Source: Candidatus Eiseniibacteriota bacterium (lineage in GTDB: Bacteria > Eisenbacteria > RBG-16-71-46 > CAVPCR01). Taken from it: DNA of 64,000 nucleotides. The notes beneath the pieces were generated by a model. The model searched no databases. It was not told where the DNA came from and saw only the letters and a list, made by a program, of their open reading frames with translations. The stretch lies in the NCBI GenBank assembly GCA_963823555.1, contig CAWGMA010000002.1, positions 1 to 64,000 on the forward strand, given 5' to 3'. Positions 1 through 7,917 of the stretch are shown here, in pieces; position 1 is the first letter of the stretch; each line of letters starts with the position of its first letter. Both the position numbers and the translations under genes were made by a program.

Positions 1-300
1 CTGCTGATTTACTACAACATGAGCGGCCGCGGCGCCGATATTAACTGGTGGACCGTTAACCAGGAGGCCATACGTCGAGCCCTCCCAGAGTCCGCTCCGT
101 GCGCGAAGTGCGGGGCCCTACTCACGAGGCCTTCGCTGGCTTGGTCTGTCCACGCGTGTCCTCGCTGCCATCATCAGCAGGTCTTTGCTGAGGCCGAGTA
201 TAAACGTGCGCTAGCTCGAGAGATTCGGTCCGTCCTGAGGCGCGACCGTGTTAGACGCAAGCATTTCAGGTCGATGCTGCCAGAGATCGGTAATACCTGA
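1..300 (+). CDS. Cassette hypothetical protein with CxxC...CxxC zinc ribbon (frame open to window edge; ATG at 19)
   Basis: CAKC...CPRC motif; followed by attC 397-496. Confidence 0.55.
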   Translation: MLIYYNMSGRGADINWWTVNQEAIRRALPESAPCAKCGALLTRPSLAWSVHACPRCHHQQVFAEAEYKRALAREIRSVLRRDRVRRKHFRSMLPEIGNT

Positions 301-396
301 TAGGCGTATTGGACGACAGATGAGCCTACTGGTAAAAGGGATTTGGCGGCGCAGCCTGCAAGATACCAGGTGTGAGAATTTTTCCGCCTACCGGCT

Positions 397-496
397 GGCT
401 AACACGGGAATGCAGCCGTCGAGCGACGCACGTTGTTTTCGGGCGTCAGGCAAGAATAGTTCGCGCCGCTCGCGGCTGATTCCCAATCCGTTATGC
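397..496 (+). repeat. attC site
   Basis: GGCTAAC ACGGG AATGCAGC ... GCTGATT CCCAATCC GTTATGC. Confidence 0.9.
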
Positions 497-707
497 CGTC
501 AGAGTGCGCGCTCACGGCGAGAGCAGGAGGGTTGGCACCGGTGCCCCAGGGACACAGAAAGGAGGAGTTGCAGAACACCCATGGACTGCGGCGACGACAA
601 GGCTTTCAGGTCGCAGCGCAAGCACCCGATGTCTCGCCGTTGTCCAAGATCCCGAGAAGCAGTGATTCACGACGGACAACAAGGCAAGACGGAAAGGAGA
701 CGCTGTG

Positions 708-1529
708 ATGAAATGGTTCATGCCGCTGGCGCTAATCGTGATCCTGAGTCAACATTCGGCTTCAGCGCTGGCCCAGGGATTCGAGTTGATCTACTCATAT
801 CCTGCAGATGGCTCGGCTGTTTATCTTGATAGTTACATGATCGCACGAGAAGATCGTGTTGATTTCGATGGCGACGGGAATCCAGACATCTTCACACAGG
901 ATGGTGCGGTGATGGAGATTGTCACCGTCGACGACCCTTCGCACATCCCAGTTGTTCTGTGGTCGTACACTTTGGAAGGACCATTCGACGGTTTCGGATC
1001 GGAGGGCGCGGTCAACGTCACTCCTCATCCAGGGAAGGAGGTGATCGTGGATTGGTGGAGCTATTCTGGCGAAAGCAGCGTGCTCGTTCTGTCCAGCACT
1101 GGCGAAGTAATATGGAGCTTCCCCGATCGGTACATTCAAGACTTCGCTGATTTCGACGGCGACGGCCTTGATGAGTTGCTTCTCCAGGGGGCGGTAGCCG
1201 AGATATGGGATTACACGTCGACTGCTTCTTCCGTAAGTCAGCCCGACTCCAGTCGGCCCATGCGGCTGGCAGCTAACCCAAATCCATTCACCGCAGCCAC
1301 GGAGATTCGATTCGCGACCACCTTTCCCGGAACAGTCATCCTCGAGATCTTCGACTCTGCCGGACGCTTGATGTCCAGCAAGGACCTAGGCGCGCAGCAA
1401 CCCGGCGCGCACACGGTAGTTTGGAACGGCTTGGATGACCGAGGGCGATCAGTTGCGGCAGGGGTCTATCACTACAGATTGCGCTCCGGTGACTGGACAT
1501 CTTCGCGGAAAGTGGTTCTATTGCGATAA
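708..1529 (+). CDS. Secreted FG-GAP-like protein with C-terminal FlgD-Ig/T9SS-type domain (cassette)
   Basis: Signal peptide; DFDGDG motifs; C-terminal NPNPF...IFDSAGR...WNGLDDRG..VAAGVYHYRL...KVVLLR; RBS AAGGAGA upstream. Confidence 0.85.
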   Translation: MKWFMPLALIVILSQHSASALAQGFELIYSYPADGSAVYLDSYMIAREDRVDFDGDGNPDIFTQDGAVMEIVTVDDPSHIPVVLWSYTLEGPFDGFGSEGAVNVTPHPGKEVIVDWWSYSGESSVLVLSSTGEVIWSFPDRYIQDFADFDGDGLDELLLQGAVAEIWDYTSTASSVSQPDSSRPMRLAANPNPFTAATEIRFATTFPGTVILEIFDSAGRLMSSKDLGAQQPGAHTVVWNGLDDRGRSVAAGVYHYRLRSGDWTSSRKVVLLR

Positions 1530-1609
1530 GCGTGCCGAGTTGCGTTGGACTTCGCAGAAATGGAGTCCTCACGAGGTGCGGGTGTTGCGGAGCGGCAGTC
1601 TCAAGATGG

Positions 1610-1671
1610 GCATAACAAGGGCGTGCACCTGACAGCCGCTTCGCGTCTGCAGGTGACGCCCGGCGTTAGGT
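1610..1671 (+). repeat. attC site
   Basis: GCATAAC AAGGG CGTGCACC ... GGTGACG CCCGGC GTTAGGT. Confidence 0.93.
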
Positions 1672-1735
1672 GGCCACCAAACGAGCCGAACGGCGAACGC
1701 GTGGTGGGTCGTCAACCAGCAACGGAGGTCCGACA

Positions 1736-2560
1736 ATGAAGAACCTGTTACGTTCGGCCCTTAGCGGGCTAACCCTTCTCGGCTTGACTGTATCGACTGC
1801 CAGTGCGGGGTATGTGCTGGAATTCCAGACAGCTCCGGGGTTCGAAGTTCTGTTCATCCCAGACTTCCACGACTTCTTCGACTTTGATCGCTGGGATCTG
1901 GAAGGCGATGGAGTCGCGGAGATCGTTGTGGCGCATGCCGGCGACGACTTCCTAGTCATCTACGATGGTACTTCCAACGCGATCAAGTGGGCTTTTGACC
2001 GTTCCACCTTGGTGCCCCGCGATCAATTTCGCGGATTCTATGACGTTGACGGCGATGGTGTAAGGGAGGCGCTATTCGCTTCCAGTGATTCTCTCGGTCT
2101 TGTGCTCATAGATGTCGGCACGAGCACCGTCGAGTTCTCGCTCCCACCCGGGTATACGCTCAAAGCCGTGTACAACACGGACTCCGACAACTCCCAAGAA
2201 CTTCTTGTTGAGGTGAGCAATCGAGTTGAGCTGTGGGGTAATGGCCCGCCGGTCACAGCCGTGGAGCCGGCGTTGGATCAGAGGCGTCACTTCATGCTGG
2301 CAAACACACCGAACCCATTCGCCACATTGACGGAAATAGCATACACACTCCACGATGGCGGACGTGTTGACCTGAGCATCTACGACGTAGCCGGGCGGAT
2401 GGTGCGGGGGCTCGTTGATTCCCAGCAAGGGGCTGGTCGTCATGTAATCCAATGGGACGGACGAGACGCAGGAGGACGGCGCGTGGCATCAGGCACGTAT
2501 TTCTGTCGAATCAGGCAGTCGGGGAGGCAGCTCTCGGAGAAGGTGTTGGTGCTCCGATAG
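1736..2560 (+). CDS. Secreted FG-GAP-like protein with C-terminal FlgD-Ig/T9SS-type domain (cassette; same architecture as 708-1529)
   Basis: GGAGG RBS; signal peptide; DLEGDG/DVDGDG motifs; TPNPF...IYDVAGRMVR...WDGRDAGG..VASGTYF..KVLVLR. Confidence 0.87.
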   Translation: MKNLLRSALSGLTLLGLTVSTASAGYVLEFQTAPGFEVLFIPDFHDFFDFDRWDLEGDGVAEIVVAHAGDDFLVIYDGTSNAIKWAFDRSTLVPRDQFRGFYDVDGDGVREALFASSDSLGLVLIDVGTSTVEFSLPPGYTLKAVYNTDSDNSQELLVEVSNRVELWGNGPPVTAVEPALDQRRHFMLANTPNPFATLTEIAYTLHDGGRVDLSIYDVAGRMVRGLVDSQQGAGRHVIQWDGRDAGGRRVASGTYFCRIRQSGRQLSEKVLVLR

Positions 2561-2615
2561 CGGCCACGGACCTGCACCCCAAAAGTTGGACAGCCTGGAC
2601 CCCCGATTACTGTGA

Positions 2616-3509
2616 CTACTCCTCGCCTCGATGGCGCCGGACGTAGGCGATCGGCGTCAAGTTGCCGATCGAGGAGTGCCGACGCTTGGAATTGTAGTGA
2701 TGCATTCTCCTGCCTGCAAGCGTGACGAGTTGCTCGGGACTGGTCGCTTCTGCGAACAGCTCCCGGTTCTCGGTCTTGAATCGCCCGTTGAAGGACTCCA
2801 TCTCGGCGTTGTCGCGAGCGCCGCGCAGCGCGTACGACAGCCGCACCCGATCTTCGATCAGCAACCGCCGGACCCAGACGTCGCTCGTGTACACGGAGTC
2901 CCGGTCGTGGTGCACGATGATGCCCGCGATCGCGACACCCAGCCCACGCAGCGTACGACGAGCGCGGTTCCAGGCCTGCAGCGCGAGCGCTCGGTTGCGG
3001 CTGCGCCCCGTGGAGTGTCCCACAGCCAGCTTCGACCGGCTGTCCAGGATCGCCATGAGCCAGCCCTTGCCGCCGCCGTACACAAGCTCCGTGAAATCGG
3101 TCACGAGCACCTCGAACATCCCCGGCTCGTGATCGAGCGCCAGCAGCAGATTGGCGCGGTCGCCAGCGGCCGTGATCGCACCGCGAACCGCGCTCGTCCG
3201 CGGCGCCCGGGGCCGGCGGAGTGTCGCAAGCCCCCAGATTCGAGCCAGTTTCTGCACCACCTTGTGATTGACCGGGTACCCAACGCGCTCGCAGAGTTCG
3301 GCTGTCGACCGCCGGTACCCGTACTCCGGGAACGCCGAGGCGATCCGCAGCAGCGGTGCTTTCAGGGACGCGTGCTTTTCCTCGTACTGGAGCCGGCGTG
3401 CCTGGTAGTACCACGTCGATCGCGACAGATCCACGACCGACAGTGCGACACCCAGGTCCACGGACCGCTGGGCGTCGCGCACCAGTGCGGCCTTCTGCGA
3501 TGGACTCAT
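2616..3509 (-). CDS. IS3 transposase OrfB (rve/DDE integrase core)
   Basis: YGYRR, VTDFT, HHDRDSVY, DNAEMESFNGRFK, YNSKRRHSSIGNLTP motifs; ATGA overlap with orfA. Confidence 0.93.
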   Translation of the reverse strand: MSPSQKAALVRDAQRSVDLGVALSVVDLSRSTWYYQARRLQYEEKHASLKAPLLRIASAFPEYGYRRSTAELCERVGYPVNHKVVQKLARIWGLATLRRPRAPRTSAVRGAITAAGDRANLLLALDHEPGMFEVLVTDFTELVYGGGKGWLMAILDSRSKLAVGHSTGRSRNRALALQAWNRARRTLRGLGVAIAGIIVHHDRDSVYTSDVWVRRLLIEDRVRLSYALRGARDNAEMESFNGRFKTENRELFAEATSPEQLVTLAGRRMHHYNSKRRHSSIGNLTPIAYVRRHRGEE

Positions 3510-3790
3510 CCGGTCCGTCCCAAGAAGTTTTTTAAAAGAGCCAGCTCCACTTCCTTGCGCTCCAGAAGCTGCTCGAGCTCGGCGATCTGCTTCGCATGCT
3601 GCTCTGCCGGCGAACTGCTCTCGAACAGCTCGTGCCCGCGCCGTAGCACGGTCTCCTTCCACAGCGCCAGCGAATTGGGGTGCACCTGGTATGCGCGAGC
3701 GATCTCCGCGGCGGGCCGCTTGCCTTGGAGCAAATCGAGTACGGCCTTGAACTTCGCCTGGGACGTGAATTTCCGCCTGCCTCGTGGCAT
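3506..3790 (-). CDS. IS3 transposase OrfA (HTH)
   Basis: RRKFTSQAKFKAV..IARAYQVHPNSLALWK..coiled coil; TTTTAAAAAAC slippery site on - strand at 3527-3537. Confidence 0.92.
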   Translation of the reverse strand: MPRGRRKFTSQAKFKAVLDLLQGKRPAAEIARAYQVHPNSLALWKETVLRRGHELFESSSPAEQHAKQIAELEQLLERKEVELALLKNFLGRTG

Positions 3791-3893
3791 CGATCAACCT
3801 CCGGGTATGCCGGGTCACCCCTACGATGACCCGAACGCCTTCCGGGGGTCAATCCACACTCAGGCTATGTCCAAAAAACGGGGTTCATATCCC

Positions 3894-3953
3894 ACCTAAC
3901 CACGGCATGCAGCGGACGGCGCTGTGCGCCGCCGCTGATGCCGGGCGTTAGGC
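3894..3953 (+). repeat. attC site (60-bp dominant family)
   Basis: ACCTAAC CACGG CATGCAGC GGACGGCGCTGTGCGCCGCC GCTGATG CCGGGC GTTAGGC. Confidence 0.95.
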
Positions 3954-3970
3954 TTGAAAAGAGGAAAACT

Positions 3971-4990
3971 ATGGGATGGCTAAACAAGTTCTTTGGGAAA
4001 GAAGCCGCTCCTCAAGGGTCAAAAGCGGCAAACAATGTGTCTTTTGTCATACTCCAGGACGCTGTCGCGTTTATGACAGAAGCAACGAACTGGATTCGAG
4101 CCCAAAACACGCCTTCGGGTACTCTCATGTGGTTCGTTCTTCCTTCCGAGAAAAATCAGTGTTATCAGCCTTGCTTCGGCGTTCTTGCCGATCCCGCCCT
4201 TTTTAGCAAGCTCGACCGTGCAAAATCATTCGATATGGCGTTAGGTCCAACGGATTCGCCTTCAACATTCCAATGGGAAATTGTGGTCGCAGATCCTGAC
4301 AAACCCGGGAAATCGTTTAGTTTGGTCACGGTTCCACTCCGCATAGATGAGACTTCGCTGGCCAAACTGCAATTTCTATCAGAACAGGTGCGAGTGCATT
4401 ACCTTTTTTACGCTTCTAAGGAATCCTCGAATTTTGTATGGATGGAAATGCGCCCGGAATTCAACGAGCAGCTTCATGCCGTTTACTCTTCGCTAAAAAC
4501 CAAGCCACACGAGGCGGGAGATGTATCAGACAAAGGCTTGGCTAAGAATACACAAGTTGGCACACTACGACTTGGTGAAGCATCTATCGAATTGGCGGAT
4601 GGCACCGTCATCGCGCTAACCGACATTAAGGAAATCTCTGCTCCTGAAATTGTAATAGGCCAATCCAACCATCCTCTTACCAGCGCCATCAATTCAGAAC
4701 TGAAGGAAGGTCATGGCGTTGTATACCTCCTGTATATTACAAAGGATGGGGCCTCAACCAAGATCATTCCTACGGTGGATCGCTCAGCCGCTGTCGCGCT
4801 GGTCAAGCGAATAAAGGATGCCAAAGCCGCAGCCAATAGGCAGACGTCAGATAGAGTGATTGTGGGAGAGTGTACAAAGTGTCACCGTAAGCTTCGTGTT
4901 AAAGCACATGCCTTAAAGACAGAGATGGTTCTGACCTGTAAATGCGGGCAACAAAATAGAGTTCATACCACTGATGGACCAACCAAATAA
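3971..4990 (+). CDS. Hypothetical protein, AT-richer cassette, C-terminal zinc ribbon
   Basis: GAGG RBS; long ORF; CTKC...CKCG at C-terminus. Confidence 0.75.
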   Translation: MGWLNKFFGKEAAPQGSKAANNVSFVILQDAVAFMTEATNWIRAQNTPSGTLMWFVLPSEKNQCYQPCFGVLADPALFSKLDRAKSFDMALGPTDSPSTFQWEIVVADPDKPGKSFSLVTVPLRIDETSLAKLQFLSEQVRVHYLFYASKESSNFVWMEMRPEFNEQLHAVYSSLKTKPHEAGDVSDKGLAKNTQVGTLRLGEASIELADGTVIALTDIKEISAPEIVIGQSNHPLTSAINSELKEGHGVVYLLYITKDGASTKIIPTVDRSAAVALVKRIKDAKAAANRQTSDRVIVGECTKCHRKLRVKAHALKTEMVLTCKCGQQNRVHTTDGPTK

Positions 4991-5071
4991 GGAATATCGG
5001 GACAAAAAGTTGACCGTTAGCTGAAGCGCACATGCTCAACATCAAACAAATCATGAAAGTAGGATGAACAC

Positions 5072-6136
5072 ATGAAGCTGAAGGCAATGATCATCGTAAT
5101 CGCGTTCGCTGCGCTTTCACAAAGCGTCTGGGCACAGGGAACAGAGGCAGTGTTCTCCTACGACAAGGAGCGTATCACCGATGCCAAACCCTGGACCGAC
5201 AAGCAGTTCCAGAATGACCCCGAGGAGTTCCAGTTCGCCATCATCGGAGACCGCACCGGTGGCGCAAACGTGCAGGGAACCTTCGAGCGTGCCATGGCGC
5301 AACTCAATCTTCTTCAACCCGAGTTCGTAATCAACGTTGGCGACATCATCGAGGGGTATACGAAGGACAAGGCCGAGTTGCACGCCCAGTGGGAAGAGGC
5401 CGAAGGTATGACGTCGATGCTTGGGCTGCCTTTCTTCTACACTCGGGGCAACCATGATGTCAGTTATCCTGAGGCCCGTGAGGTTTGGAAGGAGCGGCAC
5501 GGCCCGGCTTACTATCACTTCGTCTACCGCAACACCCTGTTTATGGTTCTCGATAGCGAGGATGCCCCGCGCCTGGACCCACCTCCCGGCATGGAAGAGA
5601 ACATCAAGCTATACAACAGGCTGCAAACCGAGGACCCCAAGAAAGCGAAGCAGATGCTCGCGGAGTTCATGAAGGATGAGTCGGTTGTTGCCGGCCTTAC
5701 CAAGCCGGTCGAGTTTCCTGAAGAGCAGCTCGCGTGGATCAAGAAGACCCTGAAGAAAAACACCGACGTGCGGTGGACATTTGTCTTCACGCATGAGCCC
5801 TGCTGGGAAAACCCTTCCGAGAGCTTCAAGGCCGTTCAGGCCCTACTCAAGGAGAGGCGATTCACGTGGTTCGCAGGGCATTTGCATTACTACGATTATG
5901 ACGATATCGATGGACGCGAATACATCACCATGGGACCTGCGGGGGCTTCCTGGCATCACGATGGACCGGGCAATGTTGATCACCTCACTTGGGTGACAGT
6001 GACTGAAAATGGCCCAGAGATTGGAAACATCGCCCTGAAGGGCATCTTCGATCGAAAGGGTCTGGATCCTAGTCTATTTGGGGCCTATGACCGCAAAGGT
6101 GCGCAGACCAACGAGCCGAAGTCGAAGCAGGACTAG
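5072..6136 (+). CDS. Secreted calcineurin-like metallophosphoesterase (cassette)
   Basis: Signal peptide; IIGD, VGDII, GNHD, H, GHLH motifs. Confidence 0.9.
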   Translation: MKLKAMIIVIAFAALSQSVWAQGTEAVFSYDKERITDAKPWTDKQFQNDPEEFQFAIIGDRTGGANVQGTFERAMAQLNLLQPEFVINVGDIIEGYTKDKAELHAQWEEAEGMTSMLGLPFFYTRGNHDVSYPEAREVWKERHGPAYYHFVYRNTLFMVLDSEDAPRLDPPPGMEENIKLYNRLQTEDPKKAKQMLAEFMKDESVVAGLTKPVEFPEEQLAWIKKTLKKNTDVRWTFVFTHEPCWENPSESFKAVQALLKERRFTWFAGHLHYYDYDDIDGREYITMGPAGASWHHDGPGNVDHLTWVTVTENGPEIGNIALKGIFDRKGLDPSLFGAYDRKGAQTNEPKSKQD

Positions 6137-6144
6137 TCCGAATC

Positions 6145-6204
6145 AGCTAACAACAGCATGCAGCGGGCGGCGCTACGCGCCGCCGCTGATGCTGGTCGTT
6201 AGCT
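6145..6204 (+). repeat. attC site (60-bp dominant family)
   Basis: AGCTAAC AACAG CATGCAGC ... GCTGATG CTGGTC GTTAGCT. Confidence 0.95.
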
Positions 6205-6216
6205 GCGGTTAGGAGA

Positions 6217-7071
6217 ATGAAATTGTTTGAGCTTCTTCGCGAGGTCAATCGCCGACCCGAACCATTCTCGGCATACACCGCCCCTGAACTGTGGACCGAT
6301 CCTCATACATCCGAGAGAATGCTCGCCTACCACCTAGATGAAACCGTAGATGCCGCCTCGCGAAAACCCGAGTTCATGGACCGTTCTGCGCAGTGGATTG
6401 TGTCGCACTTCGGTCTAACTCCAGGAGCCAGGGTAGCAGACTTCGGATGCGGCCCCGGTCTTTATGCCCAGCGCCTCGCACGCGCAGGTGCTGTAGTCAC
6501 TGGAATCGACTTCTCCCGCAATTCCCTTAGGTATGCTGGTCACAAGGCTTCTCAAGAAGGCCTCGCAATCAAGTACATCTATGCGGACTACCTCGAGTTT
6601 GAGACCGATCAGCGATTCGATCTCATCATGATGATCATGTGCGATTTCTGTGCGCTCAGCCCCAGTCAGCGCTCAGTTCTGTTGCGTAAGATCCGCTCCA
6701 TGCTCGCCACAGGCGGGTCGCTTCTATTCGATATCTACTCATCACGTATGTTCGATGAGCGTGAAGAGACAGCAACATACGCACGAAATCTAATGGATGG
6801 CTTTTGGTCGTCCGCCGAGTACTTCGGGTTCCTAAATAGATTCAAGTACGAGAATGATCGGCTTGTGCTGGACAAATACACGATCGTTGAGAAGGAACGC
6901 ACGCACATGATGTACAACTGGTTTCAGTGCTTCGCGCCGCAAGAACTTGAGAAGGAGCTGGCTGCCTGCGGGCTTGATGTTACGGAGTACTGGGGGGATG
7001 TCGCTGGGAGTAGGTACGATCCCAATGCGACGGAGTTGGCTGTCGTTGCGAAGGTGGGCAAAGTCCCGTAA
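6217..7071 (+). CDS. Class I SAM-dependent methyltransferase (cassette)
   Basis: VADFGCGPGLY, VTGIDFS motifs; AGGAG RBS. Confidence 0.9.
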   Translation: MKLFELLREVNRRPEPFSAYTAPELWTDPHTSERMLAYHLDETVDAASRKPEFMDRSAQWIVSHFGLTPGARVADFGCGPGLYAQRLARAGAVVTGIDFSRNSLRYAGHKASQEGLAIKYIYADYLEFETDQRFDLIMMIMCDFCALSPSQRSVLLRKIRSMLATGGSLLFDIYSSRMFDEREETATYARNLMDGFWSSAEYFGFLNRFKYENDRLVLDKYTIVEKERTHMMYNWFQCFAPQELEKELAACGLDVTEYWGDVAGSRYDPNATELAVVAKVGKVP

Positions 7072-7098
7072 GAACGATGGCATGCCGACGAGTTGCGC

Positions 7099-7229
7099 AT
7101 CTAACTGCTGCATGAACCTGTCAGTCCGCCCTGTCACGACCCTGGCTCTTGAAGGTCGTCGGCCTGCATGCGACCCTCGCTTCGCCAGGGTCGCGCCAGG
7201 CCGCCCTGCAGGTTATGCAAGCGTTAGCC
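7099..7229 (+). repeat. attC site (long, 131 bp)
   Basis: ATCTAAC TGCTG CATGAACC ... GGTTATG CAAGC GTTAGCC. Confidence 0.9.
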
Positions 7230-7243
7230 AGTCAGATGGGCCC

Positions 7244-7272
7244 TTGGCTTGGCAGCCGGCCAATGGGAGAAT
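7244..7272 (+). promoter_or_regulatory. Putative sigma70 promoter of TA cassette (possibly leaderless transcript)
   Basis: TTGGCT-17nt-GAGAAT with TGn extension; antitoxin ATG lies 6 nt after the -10. Confidence 0.5.
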
Positions 7273-7278
7273 AGGGGC

Positions 7279-7494
7279 ATGAGCGAACCAGCCATCGACA
7301 TCAACAAACTCTCGCCGGATGAACGGCTCAAGTTGCTTGAGAAGCTGTGGGACAGCCTAGAGGACCAGGACGTACCGCTGACGGCCCGGCAGCGGGAGGA
7401 GTTGGACCGACGCCTCGACGATCTTGATCGGGACGGACCTCGTGGAATCCCATGGGATGAGGTTCTTCAGCGCCTCGAGCACGAGACTCCGTGA
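7279..7494 (+). CDS. Putative addiction-module antitoxin (TIGR02574-like)
   Basis: LSPDERLKLLEKLWDSL...QREELDRRL...GIPWDEV pattern; GTGA overlap with toxin. Confidence 0.88.
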   Translation: MSEPAIDINKLSPDERLKLLEKLWDSLEDQDVPLTARQREELDRRLDDLDRDGPRGIPWDEVLQRLEHETP

Positions 7495-7781
7495 AGGTCG
7501 TCGTTCGGCCGGCGGCCGCCGCAGACATTGAGGAGGCGTTCCGCTGGTACCGCGAGCGGGGCCCTGCCCTTGGTGAGGCGTTCCTCGAAGCCCTGCGTTC
7601 CACAATGGAGCGGGTTCTCGAGAACCCCAGGGCGTTCCCCGTTCTCCATCGCGACACGCGCCGAATTCGGGTGAGGCGGTTCCCCTACGGACTCTTCTAT
7701 CGGCTCTACAGCGACACAATTGTCGTGGTGGCATGTATGCATGGTCGTCGCGATCCACGCAGATGGCGGTCGAGGGGCTGA
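7491..7781 (+). CDS. RelE/ParE family toxin
   Basis: VRPAAAADIEEAFRWY...FPYGLFY...VVVACMHGRRDP. Confidence 0.9.
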   Translation: MKVVVRPAAAADIEEAFRWYRERGPALGEAFLEALRSTMERVLENPRAFPVLHRDTRRIRVRRFPYGLFYRLYSDTIVVVACMHGRRDPRRWRSRG

Positions 7782-7782
7782 T

Positions 7783-7881
7783 GGCTAACAGCAGGGTGAA
7801 CCTGACGGCCCGCCCGTCAGGGGCCTTGCGTGCGCAAGGCCCGCAGCGGGTTCGGCCCGCGGGTTACCCTGAGCGTTCGGC
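7783..7881 (+). repeat. attC site
   Basis: GGCTAAC AGCAG GGTGAACC ... GGTTACC CTGAGC GTTCGGC. Confidence 0.92.
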
Positions 7882-7917
7882 GGCGGATGACATGCGTGTA
7901 AACGAGGTGCCGGCGTC

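Larger units (their letters stand above)
2568..3892 (-). mobile_element. IS3-family insertion sequence (about 1.3 kb) with 3-bp CAC target duplication
   Basis: Imperfect terminal IRs GGACCTGCACCCCAAAAGTTGGACAGCCTG and revcomp GGATATGAACCCCGTTTTTTGGACATAGCCTG; CAC at 2565-2567 and 3893-3895; orfA/orfB layout. Confidence 0.92.

Noticed and set aside
493..708. Leader ORF ending in TGATG at the first FlgD-Ig gene
   Set aside because: The strong SD at about 558-565 is poorly spaced from any start codon and the peptide is featureless, so it cannot be supported.
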